A program made the position numbers and the translations under genes. DNA of 64,000 nucleotides from a virus (Duplodnaviria; Caudoviricetes). The notes under the pieces are model-generated. The model did not search any database. It saw only the letters and a program-made list of their open reading frames with translations, and was not told the DNA's origin. This document shows, in pieces, positions 18,710 through 28,596 of the stretch (positions within the stretch are counted from its first letter, which is position 1; every line of letters starts with the position of its first letter). The stretch lies in IMG/VR virus record IMGVR_UViG_3300031784_000002. One strand, written 5' to 3'.

Positions 18710-20356
18710 ATGGAAAAACTCACCTTTAAAGAGTGGTCTATTCTTGCAGACCTAGAAACTATCGCACCTCTTGGAGAGGACTTTGAGTTTTCTATGGCTC
18801 GTGGAGAACTTAAGACTGCTCAGGCAGCTATTACAAGATTGATGACTAAACTTAAGGGTGAGGGAGATTTGGAGGCATGGGTGCAATCCAAAATCACTAA
18901 GGCCGCAGAATATCTTGACACCGTAGCCGACCATCTTTCTCATGGTGAGGATGATACAGAAAGAACGAAAGAAGTCAAGGAAGGTTTCAAAGGCCACAAG
19001 TCTGTAGAAGAAATTGCAAAAAAGCATAAAGTATCTCCATCGGTAATTCAAAAACAACTTGAGATGGGGATGAAAGTAGAACATGAGCATACAACAGATA
19101 ATGATGAGGCAATGGATATTGCCTTACAACATCTAGATGAAATTCCAAACTACTACTCCAAACTCAAGAAGATGGAGAAAGTAAAAGAGGAGTGGACAGA
19201 AATTCATGATGCAAATGGTAATACTTTTGCACATGTTGTTGATATCATTAAGGGATCTGATTATAAGTTCAAGAGTTTTACTGCACCAGTAAACGAGAAG
19301 TGTTGGGATGGTTATAAACAAGTTGGAATGAAGAAAAAAGGAAAAAAAGTAGTTCCTAATTGTGTGAAGGAGGATTTTATTGATGAAGCCAACAAGAGTG
19401 GTGATAGTTCTCTGCGTGACTGGTTTACTAAGAGTCGCGCTTCTGATGGCACCCCTGGTTGGGTTCAACTGGGTGGTAAATACGCAGGACAACCCTGTGC
19501 AAAACAACCAGGACAAACAACCAAACCAAAGTGCGGTTCAAGCAAAATGAAATCAGACCTCTCTGATAAAGAAGAGGAGAGTGCATTCCGTCGTAAGAAT
19601 CAGGAAGATCCAAATCCCGATAGAAAGGGTAAGGCTAAGATGGTTGCGACTGAAGAAAAGGATGCATGTTATTCAAAGGTAAAATCTCGTTATTCGGTTT
19701 GGCCTTCCGCATATGCATCTGGAGCACTAGTTAAGTGCCGTAAAGTCGGTGCAAAAAATTGGGGTAATAAGACTAAAAAGGAGTCTTTTGAACTTCAAGA
19801 AATGGGTGAAATTCAAAGATATTGTCCTAAGTGTAAAAAGAATGAGACGATGAAGGACTGTAGATATGGTGAGGGATATTGGAAAATGTTCTCACTTCCT
19901 GCATCATTAGCCCCAGATCCTTATGATCCCAATGATATTCATCCCGCTAATGAGGGAATGAGTTTTGAAATTGGTTCTGGTCATAAACAGGCGCAGAAAC
20001 AAGCAAAGATCAGAAATCTTGCAACAGGAACTAATAATCCCAATGAAAAGTCTGCTGCCCTCAGGAAACTAACTGGACCTTCACTTCCTCTTGCAGATTC
20101 AGTAATCCAACCAGGACAACTGACAAATGAGGACTATCAACGGATACAATCCACTGGAAATGTTTATACTATACTCTTCTCATGGAGAGGTAGACCGATG
20201 ATGAATCTCCAATTCTTTTTCCCAAACATGAAGAGACCATCAAAAGATGAAGTTAAAAAGGAAATTGAGAAGTTCTATCCTGGTGCAGTTATAATGCAAT
20301 GGTATCCAAGTCCTACTGATCCATCTAAACCAATTGTAGTGATTCCAGGTAATTGA
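18710..20356 (+). CDS. Modular hypothetical protein (DUF5661-like and other small modules), putative processed internal protein
   Basis: The ATG at 18710 is more plausible than the TTG at 18671. Short modules (GMKVEHEHT, KCWDGY..NCV, LRDWF...PKC, DACYSKVK...YASGALVKCRK) are joined by x-x-E linkers. Confidence 0.6.
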   Translation: MEKLTFKEWSILADLETIAPLGEDFEFSMARGELKTAQAAITRLMTKLKGEGDLEAWVQSKITKAAEYLDTVADHLSHGEDDTERTKEVKEGFKGHKSVEEIAKKHKVSPSVIQKQLEMGMKVEHEHTTDNDEAMDIALQHLDEIPNYYSKLKKMEKVKEEWTEIHDANGNTFAHVVDIIKGSDYKFKSFTAPVNEKCWDGYKQVGMKKKGKKVVPNCVKEDFIDEANKSGDSSLRDWFTKSRASDGTPGWVQLGGKYAGQPCAKQPGQTTKPKCGSSKMKSDLSDKEEESAFRRKNQEDPNPDRKGKAKMVATEEKDACYSKVKSRYSVWPSAYASGALVKCRKVGAKNWGNKTKKESFELQEMGEIQRYCPKCKKNETMKDCRYGEGYWKMFSLPASLAPDPYDPNDIHPANEGMSFEIGSGHKQAQKQAKIRNLATGTNNPNEKSAALRKLTGPSLPLADSVIQPGQLTNEDYQRIQSTGNVYTILFSWRGRPMMNLQFFFPNMKRPSKDEVKKEIEKFYPGAVIMQWYPSPTDPSKPIVVIPGN

Positions 20357-20357
20357 A

Positions 20358-20534
20358 ATGAATATTGACCCCTCTGAAATTGAACTTTCGGATATTAATA
20401 AGATGTTGATTTATGAACAACAGGCAAGGGTTATAGATAAATTAGATAGAGAAGAAGCAATAGAGTTTGCAAAGGCTTATTTTAAACTTTATCTCAAACA
20501 ACAGGAAGTAGTAGCAAGTTTAGTTAAATTATAA
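20358..20534 (+). CDS. 58-aa NblA-like small helical protein
   Basis: Translated by hand: MNIDPSEIELSDINKMLIYEQQARVIDKLDREEAIEFAKAYFKLYLKQQEVVASLVKL. It fills the gap exactly; size and residue pattern resemble NblA. Confidence 0.5.
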   Translation: MNIDPSEIELSDINKMLIYEQQARVIDKLDREEAIEFAKAYFKLYLKQQEVVASLVKL

Positions 20535-20543
20535 TTTTATACT

Positions 20544-22193
20544 ATGAATGATCAAGTATATCTTGGCAATCCCAATCTTAAGAAGGCTAATGTAGCCGTA
20601 GAATTTACGCAGGATCAAGTTCTTGAATTCGTCAAGTGCAAGAATGATCCTGTATATTTTGCTAAAAATTATATCAAGATTGTTTCTCTGGACCATGGTG
20701 AGATACCTTTCAAGATGTATCCGTTCCAGGAAAAATTAATTAATAATTTCCACGAGAACCGATTCAACATTTGTAGGATGCCTCGTCAGACAGGTAAATC
20801 TACAACTTGTGTTTCATATTTGTTACATTATGCGGTGTTTAACGATAATGTCAATATAGCTATTCTAGCGAACAAAGCATCCACTGCACAGGATCTACTG
20901 AGTAGATTACAATTTGCATACGAGAAACTGCCAAAGTGGATGCAACAAGGTATTGTATCATGGAATAAACGATCACTAGAACTAGAAAATGGTTCCAAAA
21001 TTATCGCAGCGTCTACTTCTGCATCTGCTGTCCGAGGCGGATCATATAATGTCATCTTTTTGGACGAATTCGCATTCATCCCAAATCACATTGCTGATGA
21101 ATTCTTTGCCTCTGTTTATCCTACTATTTCGTCAGGTAAAAGCACAAAAGTCCTGATTGTTTCTACCCCAAAGGGTATGAACCACTTCTACCGTATCTGG
21201 CATGATGCGGAGAGGGGTAAGAACGAATACATACCTACAGACGTACATTGGTCTGAAGTCCCTGGCAGGGACGATAAGTGGAAAGCCCAGACAATTGCAA
21301 ATACTTCCGAACAACAATTCAAAGTTGAGTTTGAATGCGAATTCCTAGGATCTGTCGATACTCTTGTATCTGCAGCAAAACTCAGATCCTTGGTTTATGA
21401 AGATCCAATCAAGTCAAATGCGGGTTTGGATATCTACGAAGAACCTCAGAAAGACCACAACTATGTTGTTACAGTAGACGTTGCTCGTGGAGTAGAAAAA
21501 GATTATTCTGCATTTACGATTTGTGATACTACATCATTCCCATATAGATTAGTAGCAAAATATAGAGACAACCAAATAAAACCAATGTTGTTTCCAAGTA
21601 TTATCAAAGATCTTGCAGTTGCATATAACAAAGCATATATTCTTGTAGAGGTTAATGATATTGGAGAACAAGTAGGACAAATTCTACATATGGATTTGGA
21701 ATATGATAATGTTCTCATGTGTACAATGAGAGGTCGTGCTGGACAACTGGTTGGTCAGGGATTTTCTGGAAAGAAATCTCAAATGGGCGTCAAGATGTCC
21801 AAGAATGTCAAAAAGATTGGATGTATGAATCTTAAGACATTAATTGAAGGAGATAAATTGGATATTAAAGATTATGATACTATTAGTGAACTAACCACTT
21901 TCATTCAAAAATCAAATTCATTTGAAGCTGAAGATGGTTGTAATGATGACCTCGCAATGTGTCTAGTAATTTTTGCTTGGTTAATTGCACAACCTTATTT
22001 CAAAGAGATGACGGACAATGATGTTCGTAAAAGATTATATGAGGAACAAAAGAATCAAATAGAACAAGATATGGCTCCTTTTGGATTTATTTCTGATGGT
22101 TTAGATAGTGGAGAGAGTTTTGTTGATGAAGATGGAGATCGTTGGCACGTTGATGAATATGGAGATATGCAATATATGTGGGATTACCGATAA
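20544..22193 (+). CDS. g17: Terminase large subunit gp17
   Basis: YLGNPNLK, RQTGKST Walker A, FLDEFAF Walker B, DVARG and DDLAM RNase H-like motifs. Confidence 0.98.
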   Translation: MNDQVYLGNPNLKKANVAVEFTQDQVLEFVKCKNDPVYFAKNYIKIVSLDHGEIPFKMYPFQEKLINNFHENRFNICRMPRQTGKSTTCVSYLLHYAVFNDNVNIAILANKASTAQDLLSRLQFAYEKLPKWMQQGIVSWNKRSLELENGSKIIAASTSASAVRGGSYNVIFLDEFAFIPNHIADEFFASVYPTISSGKSTKVLIVSTPKGMNHFYRIWHDAERGKNEYIPTDVHWSEVPGRDDKWKAQTIANTSEQQFKVEFECEFLGSVDTLVSAAKLRSLVYEDPIKSNAGLDIYEEPQKDHNYVVTVDVARGVEKDYSAFTICDTTSFPYRLVAKYRDNQIKPMLFPSIIKDLAVAYNKAYILVEVNDIGEQVGQILHMDLEYDNVLMCTMRGRAGQLVGQGFSGKKSQMGVKMSKNVKKIGCMNLKTLIEGDKLDIKDYDTISELTTFIQKSNSFEAEDGCNDDLAMCLVIFAWLIAQPYFKEMTDNDVRKRLYEEQKNQIEQDMAPFGFISDGLDSGESFVDEDGDRWHVDEYGDMQYMWDYR

Positions 22194-22423
22194 TGAATTT
22201 AGATAATCAGTTTGAATTAGAACATTTATTTTTAACTGAACGAAAGTGTAGAGTTTGTAAGGAAATAAAAGATTTAATTGATGGATTTTATCTAACTCGT
22301 AGTGGTAGAGGTCACATTCCCTCTGCGTATTCATATGAATGTAAAGAGTGTACTAAGAAACGAATTATCAGTAATAGAAAACAAAAACCCACAGATTCAT
22401 ACTGGCAATATCCTGATTGGTAG
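22193..22423 (+). CDS. Small CxxC...CxxC zinc-binding protein
   Basis: TAATG overlap with g17; RKCRVC...FY...YECKEC. Confidence 0.65.
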   Translation: MNLDNQFELEHLFLTERKCRVCKEIKDLIDGFYLTRSGRGHIPSAYSYECKECTKKRIISNRKQKPTDSYWQYPDW

Positions 22424-22461
22424 TGTTCACTGTCCGTTTCCCCAATATAAAGTTAGCAAAT

Positions 22462-22469
22462 AATAAATA
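22462..22469 (+). promoter_or_regulatory. Late promoter AATAAATA for g18
   Basis: Near-consensus, intergenic. Confidence 0.7.
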
Positions 22470-22505
22470 TTTGTAGTCAAGTTGAACTTCTTCAGAGGGA
22501 AAGAC

Positions 22506-24902
22506 ATGTCGCTAAACTTAGTATCACCTGGCATAAAAGTTCGAGAAGTTGATCTTACTGTAGGTAGAATCGATGCAGTAAATGATCAAGTAGGTGCTTT
22601 TGCTGGACCTTTTGAGAAAGGACCAGTAGGCGAGCCAGTTCTTATAGAAACCGAACAGGATTTATTGAACACTTTTGGTAAACCATCTAATTCTGATGGT
22701 CAAGCCGAGTATTGGTTATCCGCTTCATCATATCTCTCATATGGAGGAACCCTACGAGTAGTTAGAACGGATTCCAGTAATTTGAGAAATGCAAATTATC
22801 CCGTATCTACTCCTGTTAATTTAAAAATTACTGGACAAGAAGATTATAACAACAATCATGCCACAGATAGTGATTGGATTTTTGCGGCTAAGAATCCAGG
22901 ATCATGGGGCAATGGATTAAAAGTTTGCGTTATTGATGCTTTCGCAGATCAAAGAATAGCTATTGGAACTTTTGGCATCTCTGCTGGATTTGCTATTACT
23001 TGTTCAATCGGAACCAGTTACGCTACCCCTAATGGAACCGTTGAAAATTTTGATGGATACGTTAAGGGAATCGTTACTAAAGTAAATGTCGGTAACATTG
23101 ACGTAAAGGTAATAAGTCGTCACAATAATGTCACAGGTCTTTCTACTGAAATTACATATGCATCATCAGGATTAAATAGAATTCCCGATGGTCCAGGAAA
23201 TTATTATCAATTGTTTAATAATGTTGGAACCGCTACTTCATTAGAAAAGTTTAGATTTGATGGAAATGCAACGATCGGAATTGGATCTACAACTATTGCC
23301 TTCCCATCCGCATTAGATGCAACCTCTGTTAATGTTGGTGATCTAATCCAAACTTTAAATGGTGCATTATCTGCTAGAGTTGTTGGTGTCAGCACAGGTC
23401 AAGTTGTAATTGATTCCGCATCTCCAGTATCAATAGCTTCGACTACATTAGTAGTAAGATATACAAGAAGTATTTCTGATGGAACTAATGGTTTTGGTGA
23501 AGGTTTACTTACAGGTAATAGTACCGTTTCTCTAGATTGGTATGATCAACAGACTTTAGGATTATCAAATTCTACCGTTTTCTGGAAATCAATTGCACCA
23601 AAACCAGGAACATCTCAGTATGCTATTGAAAGATCTGGAAAAAATGACGAGATTCATGTCGTTGTTGTGGATGAAAATGGTTCAATAACTGGAACATCTG
23701 GTAATATTTTAGAAAAGTATACAAATCTATCTAAGGCTGTTGACGGTAAGATTTCTCCTTCGGAGAATATTTACTACAAAGATTATCTTGGAAATGTATC
23801 TTCATATATTTTTGTTGGTACTAGTGATTCAGTTACTGGGGTCAAATTCACCTCTATTGATGGATACGTTCAAGCTAGTGGTGGTTCCATAGCTAGTGGA
23901 CAAAATGCTACTGGGGTTAATTTTGGATGTTTTGGAAATAAATCGTATTCATTCAGTAATGGATATGATTATTCTTCAGCGACTGGAGGAATGGCAGCAA
24001 CTTTAGCTGACGTTATAAGTTCCTATGAAGTCTTTAGAAATCCTGCGGAATATGATATTAATTTCTTGATTGCAGGTCCTGATGGAGGACCAGCTATATT
24101 CGATTCACAAGCCAAAGCAAATAGACTAATTGATATTGCAGAAGCTAGAAAAGATTGTATTGCTTGCATTTCTCCAAGAAAATCGGGAGTTGTTAATATT
24201 GCAAATAGTGACCTCCAAACAGATAATATTATTAAATTCTTTGATGCTATAACTTCTTCTTCATATGCGGTATTTGATTCTGGTTATAAGTATATGTTTG
24301 ATAGATTTAATAATTCATTTAGATATGTTCCATTGAATGGTGATATTGCTGGATTAATGGCAAGAACATCAATTAATAATTATCCATGGTTCTCTCCTGC
24401 TGGATCTTCAAGAGGAGTAATCAACAATGCAATTAAACTTGCATATAATCCTTCACAAGCACAAAGAGATTTACTCTATCCTAAGAGAATTAATCCAGTA
24501 ATCTTCTCACCAGGAGCTGGAATCCTTCTTTTCGGTGATAAGACTGCTTTATCTGTTGCTAGTGCTTTTGATAGAATTAACGTTCGTCGTTTATTCTTAA
24601 CTATCGAAGATACAATTTCTAGAGCTGCTAGATCTCAACTATTTGAATTCAATGATGTTATCACCAGAAACAACTTTGTTAATATTGTTGAACCATATCT
24701 ACGCGATGTTAAAGCAAAGAGAGGAATTACAGACTTCCTCGTTGTTTGCGATGAATCAAACAACACTCCAGATGTAATTGATTCAAATCAATTTAGGGCT
24801 GATATTTTCATTAAACCTGCAAGATCGATTAACTTTATTGGTCTTACTTTTGTTGCTAATAGAACTGGTATTAGTTTTGAAGAGGTTGTTGGAACCGTTT
24901 AA
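22506..24902 (+). CDS. g18: Tail sheath protein gp18
   Basis: LVSPGIKVREVD, PWFSPAG..RG, INPV, FDRINVRRLF; ATG at 22506 chosen as start. Confidence 0.97.
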   Translation: MSLNLVSPGIKVREVDLTVGRIDAVNDQVGAFAGPFEKGPVGEPVLIETEQDLLNTFGKPSNSDGQAEYWLSASSYLSYGGTLRVVRTDSSNLRNANYPVSTPVNLKITGQEDYNNNHATDSDWIFAAKNPGSWGNGLKVCVIDAFADQRIAIGTFGISAGFAITCSIGTSYATPNGTVENFDGYVKGIVTKVNVGNIDVKVISRHNNVTGLSTEITYASSGLNRIPDGPGNYYQLFNNVGTATSLEKFRFDGNATIGIGSTTIAFPSALDATSVNVGDLIQTLNGALSARVVGVSTGQVVIDSASPVSIASTTLVVRYTRSISDGTNGFGEGLLTGNSTVSLDWYDQQTLGLSNSTVFWKSIAPKPGTSQYAIERSGKNDEIHVVVVDENGSITGTSGNILEKYTNLSKAVDGKISPSENIYYKDYLGNVSSYIFVGTSDSVTGVKFTSIDGYVQASGGSIASGQNATGVNFGCFGNKSYSFSNGYDYSSATGGMAATLADVISSYEVFRNPAEYDINFLIAGPDGGPAIFDSQAKANRLIDIAEARKDCIACISPRKSGVVNIANSDLQTDNIIKFFDAITSSSYAVFDSGYKYMFDRFNNSFRYVPLNGDIAGLMARTSINNYPWFSPAGSSRGVINNAIKLAYNPSQAQRDLLYPKRINPVIFSPGAGILLFGDKTALSVASAFDRINVRRLFLTIEDTISRAARSQLFEFNDVITRNNFVNIVEPYLRDVKAKRGITDFLVVCDESNNTPDVIDSNQFRADIFIKPARSINFIGLTFVANRTGISFEEVVGTV

Positions 24903-24937
24903 TTTATTAAAACATCAATCCCTACAGAGGTAAAAAA

Positions 24938-25630
24938 ATGGCATTTTCAAATACCCCAAGTTTTGGCTCCAGAACTTTAGAAGACTTTAAAGCAAGGTTA
25001 ATTGGTGGAGCAGCTCGTCCAAATCTTTTTGAAGTTGAGTTAAACTTCCCAACATTTGCAACTGAATCAACTACAACTGCAAGTGTCGATCAAACTAGAT
25101 CTATAAGTGAACTTTCTAGATTCATGATCAAATCTGCAAATCTACCAGCATCAAATGTTGGTGTTATCGAAGTTCCTTTTAGAGGAAGAACTTTAAAAAT
25201 TGCAGGAGATAGAACGTTTGATGTTTGGACAGTTACAATTATCAACGATGTTGATTTTACTATTAGAACTGCTTTTGAAAAGTGGATGAACGCTATCAAC
25301 AAACATGATGATAACTCTGGACTTATTAACCCTTCACAATATCAGAGAGATGCTATTGTGAAACAGTTTGGTAGAACGTCTGTTGCATCTGCACAGTCAA
25401 ATGTTTCTAACCCAATTACAACTAATGCTGGAGATCCAATTCCAGTTCTTAAAGCCTATAAGTTTTATGGAATATTTCCAACTGCTATTAGTGCGATTGA
25501 TTTATCATATGATTCCTCAGATACAATTGAAGAATTTACGGTAGATCTTCAGGTTCAGTGGTGGGATGCATTAGATTCAAATGGAACAACTCAGTTAGGT
25601 ACTGATCCACAAGTTGTGAACCCTCTATAA
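24938..25630 (+). CDS. g19: Tail tube protein gp19
   Basis: GGAARPNLFEV, VPFRGRTLKIAGDRTFDVWTVT, IEEFTVDLQVQWW. Confidence 0.97.
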   Translation: MAFSNTPSFGSRTLEDFKARLIGGAARPNLFEVELNFPTFATESTTTASVDQTRSISELSRFMIKSANLPASNVGVIEVPFRGRTLKIAGDRTFDVWTVTIINDVDFTIRTAFEKWMNAINKHDDNSGLINPSQYQRDAIVKQFGRTSVASAQSNVSNPITTNAGDPIPVLKAYKFYGIFPTAISAIDLSYDSSDTIEEFTVDLQVQWWDALDSNGTTQLGTDPQVVNPL

Positions 25631-25633
25631 ATA
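25626..25633 (+). promoter_or_regulatory. Late promoter TATAAATA for g20
   Basis: Consensus overlapping the g19 stop codon. Confidence 0.8.
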
Positions 25634-25660
25634 GTACAAATAGAGTTAAATATTTGAATA

Positions 25661-27364
25661 ATGCCTAAATTATTTGGTTTCAAAATCCAAGATTCGGAGG
25701 ACGATAGATCAAAAAAATCTATCGTCTCTCCTGTTCCGGAGAATCAAGAAGATTCTTCGGACTTTTATGTGTCTAGTGGATTTTATGGACAGTATGTTGA
25801 TATTGAAGGTGTTTATAAGTCCGAGTACGATTTAATTAAAAGATATCGTGAAATGGCAATTCATCCTGAAGTTGATGGAGCTATTGAAGATATTATTAAT
25901 GAAGCAATTGTTTCTGATCAAAACGACTCTCCAGTTCAAATCGATTTACAAAATGTTCCTGCTTCTGACAAACTTAAGTCAATTATCAGAGATGAATTCA
26001 AGTACATCAAAGAAATTTTAGATTTTGATAAAAGATGTCATGAAATAATGAGGAATTGGTACGTTGATGGTAGAATTTATTACCACAAAGTTATTGATTT
26101 ACAAAAACCCGAAGAAGGTATTAAAGAAGTAAGATATATTGATCCTACAAAAATTAAACTTGTAAGAAAAATCAAAAAAGACGGTAAACATGTTCTAAAT
26201 CCATCTTTCACAGTTACAGATGGAAGGACTGCTAATGCTAATATGGTCACTCCAGAAGTGGAGGAATTTTATGAATATGATCCAAACACTAGAGGTGGAC
26301 AGAGAACTAGTACATTTAAAAGCGGTGTTGGTGGGGCTGCAAGAATTTCTAAAGACTCTATTACCTATGTACACTCTGGTTTAGTAGATAGAAATAAACA
26401 GGTTGTTCTTTCATATCTCCACAAAGCAATTAAAGCACTTAATCAACTCCGCATGATTGAAGATAGTCTTGTTATCTATAGATTATCTAGAGCACCAGAA
26501 CGTCGTATTTTTTACATTGACGTTGGTAATCTTCCTAAGATTAAAGCAGAACAATATTTACGAGATGTAATGACTCGTTATCGTAATAAGTTAGTTTACG
26601 ATGCAAATACTGGAGAAATTCGTGATGATAAACGAATGATGGCAATGCTTGAAGATTTCTGGCTTCCTCGTCGTGAAGGTGGTAGAGGAACTGAAATTAC
26701 AACTCTTCCTGGTGGTCAGAATCTCGGAGAACTTGCTGACATTGAGTATTTCCAGAAAAAACTTTTTAGGGCTCTTGGAGTTCCCGAGTCACGCTTAGCT
26801 GGAAGTGGTGGTTTCAATTTGGGACGTTCTTCTGAAATTTTAAGAGATGAAATTAAATTTACAAAATTTGTTGGAAGAATGAGGAAGAGATTTTCATATC
26901 TCTTCACAGATATGTTAAAGACTCAACTCATTCTTAAAAATATTGTTACTCCAGAAGATTGGAAAATTCTTTCTGATCACATTCAATTTGATTTTGTTTA
27001 TGATAATCATTTTGCAGAACTTAAAGAAGCTGAACTTATTCAAAATAGGTTAAATGTTCTTGTTGCGGCTGAACCTTACGTTGGTAAGTATTTCTCGGTA
27101 GAGTATGTAAGAAGACACATTCTCAAACAAACCGATTCGGATATTGTAGAAATAGATGAACAAATAGGGGCAGAACAAGAGGCTGGAATTATTCCACCTC
27201 CAGTTGATCCAAATACTGGATTACCAGTAGGACAAGAACCACCTGTCAATCAAAGTGCAATGGGTGAAGTTCCAATGAATCCAGAAGCTTCAACCGGAGT
27301 TGCTGAACTACCTCCGACTGAAGAAGCTCCAAAAATGACTACACCAAAGGGTGGCAGAATCTAA
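25661..27364 (+). CDS. g20: Portal vertex protein gp20
   Basis: WYVDGRIYYHK, YRLSRAPERRIFYIDVGNLP, EDFWLPRREGGRGTEITTLPGG. Confidence 0.98.
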   Translation: MPKLFGFKIQDSEDDRSKKSIVSPVPENQEDSSDFYVSSGFYGQYVDIEGVYKSEYDLIKRYREMAIHPEVDGAIEDIINEAIVSDQNDSPVQIDLQNVPASDKLKSIIRDEFKYIKEILDFDKRCHEIMRNWYVDGRIYYHKVIDLQKPEEGIKEVRYIDPTKIKLVRKIKKDGKHVLNPSFTVTDGRTANANMVTPEVEEFYEYDPNTRGGQRTSTFKSGVGGAARISKDSITYVHSGLVDRNKQVVLSYLHKAIKALNQLRMIEDSLVIYRLSRAPERRIFYIDVGNLPKIKAEQYLRDVMTRYRNKLVYDANTGEIRDDKRMMAMLEDFWLPRREGGRGTEITTLPGGQNLGELADIEYFQKKLFRALGVPESRLAGSGGFNLGRSSEILRDEIKFTKFVGRMRKRFSYLFTDMLKTQLILKNIVTPEDWKILSDHIQFDFVYDNHFAELKEAELIQNRLNVLVAAEPYVGKYFSVEYVRRHILKQTDSDIVEIDEQIGAEQEAGIIPPPVDPNTGLPVGQEPPVNQSAMGEVPMNPEASTGVAELPPTEEAPKMTTPKGGRI

Positions 27365-27399
27365 TAAATAACTTTTAAGTAAACACTGAATTTAAACCA

Positions 27400-27594
27400 A
27401 TGGATGATCTTATTGATATGATGGCGAGAAACGAATCGCCTGCTGACATTAGTGATAAAATTAAAGAGATTTTGATGCAAAAATCTGCAGAAAATATTGA
27501 AATTATTCGACCAGTAGTTGCTGCTTCATTGTTTGGTGGAGAAGAAACTGAACCTGAAGTAGAAGAAGAAACCTATGAAGAAGACGCAGAATAA
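27400..27594 (+). CDS. Small acidic prohead-core-region protein (positional analogue of T4 gp67)
   Basis: Lies between g20 and g21; acidic tail; late promoter at 27361. Confidence 0.55.
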   Translation: MDDLIDMMARNESPADISDKIKEILMQKSAENIEIIRPVVAASLFGGEETEPEVEEETYEEDAE

Positions 27595-27625
27595 TAAATA
27601 ACTATTATAGGACTTTATTATAACG

Positions 27626-27895
27626 ATGCAAAGAACAAAAATAATTGCAACAGAAGTTGCAATGCCCACAACTGCTGGTACTGCTTCAAGTATTAGTGAA
27701 GCAACTTGTGTAAGATTATACAATGGAGCTGGGGGTGCGGCTACAGTAAGTATTTCAACTGCTGTAGGTGCTGCAACTACTAGTACATTTACAATGCCCG
27801 ATGGCACTGTTGAATTTCTCCAGAAAGCATCAACGGATGTAATTTTTGCATCTTCTGCATCTGTGAAAGCGGCTAAAGTAGGACTTACCAACTAA
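27626..27895 (+). CDS. Small conserved hypothetical head-region protein
   Basis: 89-aa beta-rich ORF after late promoter AATAAATA (27593). Confidence 0.6.
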   Translation: MQRTKIIATEVAMPTTAGTASSISEATCVRLYNGAGGAATVSISTAVGAATTSTFTMPDGTVEFLQKASTDVIFASSASVKAAKVGLTN

Positions 27896-27900
27896 GAAAA

Positions 27901-28551
27901 ATGAAACTAATTACCGAAGAAGTAACGAACGTAAAAATTATCAGCGAAGGAAAAGGCGCTGATAAAAAACTTTATATTGAAGGTGTATTCCTTCAAGGTG
28001 AGATTAAAAATAGAAACGGTAGAATGTATCCCATCACTACTCTATCTCGTGAAGTAAATCGTTATAATGAAAACTTTGTTGCAAAAGGTCGTGCTCTTGG
28101 CGAACTTGGTCATCCAGATGGACCAACTGTAAACCTTGATCGTGTTTCACATAAAATTACTTCTTTAACTCAAGAAGGTAATAATTTTATCGGTAAGGCA
28201 CAAATCCTCAATACTCCAATGGGTAAAATTGCATCTTCACTTCTTGATGAGGGTGTAATGCTTGGTGTTTCTTCTCGTGGTGTTGGATCACTCCAAACAA
28301 CCAGTGAAGGACATAAAGTTGTGGGTGAAGATTTTATGCTTGCTACTGCAGCTGATATCGTAGCTGATCCTTCAGCTCCTGATGCATTTGTTTCGGGAAT
28401 CATGGAAGGTAAAGAGTGGGTTTGGGAAGGAGGAATCCTTCGTGAACAACTTGCTTCCAGAACACAGAAGAGAATCAACACACTTGTTGATCAAAGAAAG
28501 CTAGATGAACAGAAGTTAAATCTGTTCAATGAGTTTTTATCAAATCTTTAA
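27901..28551 (+). CDS. g21: Prohead protease gp21
   Basis: MKLITEE, NRNGRMYP, ALGELGHP (His), GVSSRGVGS (Ser), ADIVADPSAPDA. Confidence 0.97.
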   Translation: MKLITEEVTNVKIISEGKGADKKLYIEGVFLQGEIKNRNGRMYPITTLSREVNRYNENFVAKGRALGELGHPDGPTVNLDRVSHKITSLTQEGNNFIGKAQILNTPMGKIASSLLDEGVMLGVSSRGVGSLQTTSEGHKVVGEDFMLATAADIVADPSAPDAFVSGIMEGKEWVWEGGILREQLASRTQKRINTLVDQRKLDEQKLNLFNEFLSNL

Positions 28552-28553
28552 TT

Positions 28554-28561
28554 TATAAATA
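28554..28561 (+). promoter_or_regulatory. Late promoter TATAAATA for g22/g23
   Basis: Consensus, intergenic. Confidence 0.8.
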
Positions 28562-28596
28562 AATACAGATTATACTAAGGTAATCGGAGAGTACAA

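Noticed and set aside
18112-19613. Cluster of minus-strand ORFs over g16 and the modular genes
   Set aside because: They are shadows of K/E-rich plus-strand coding (F/L/S-rich translations) with no independent signals.
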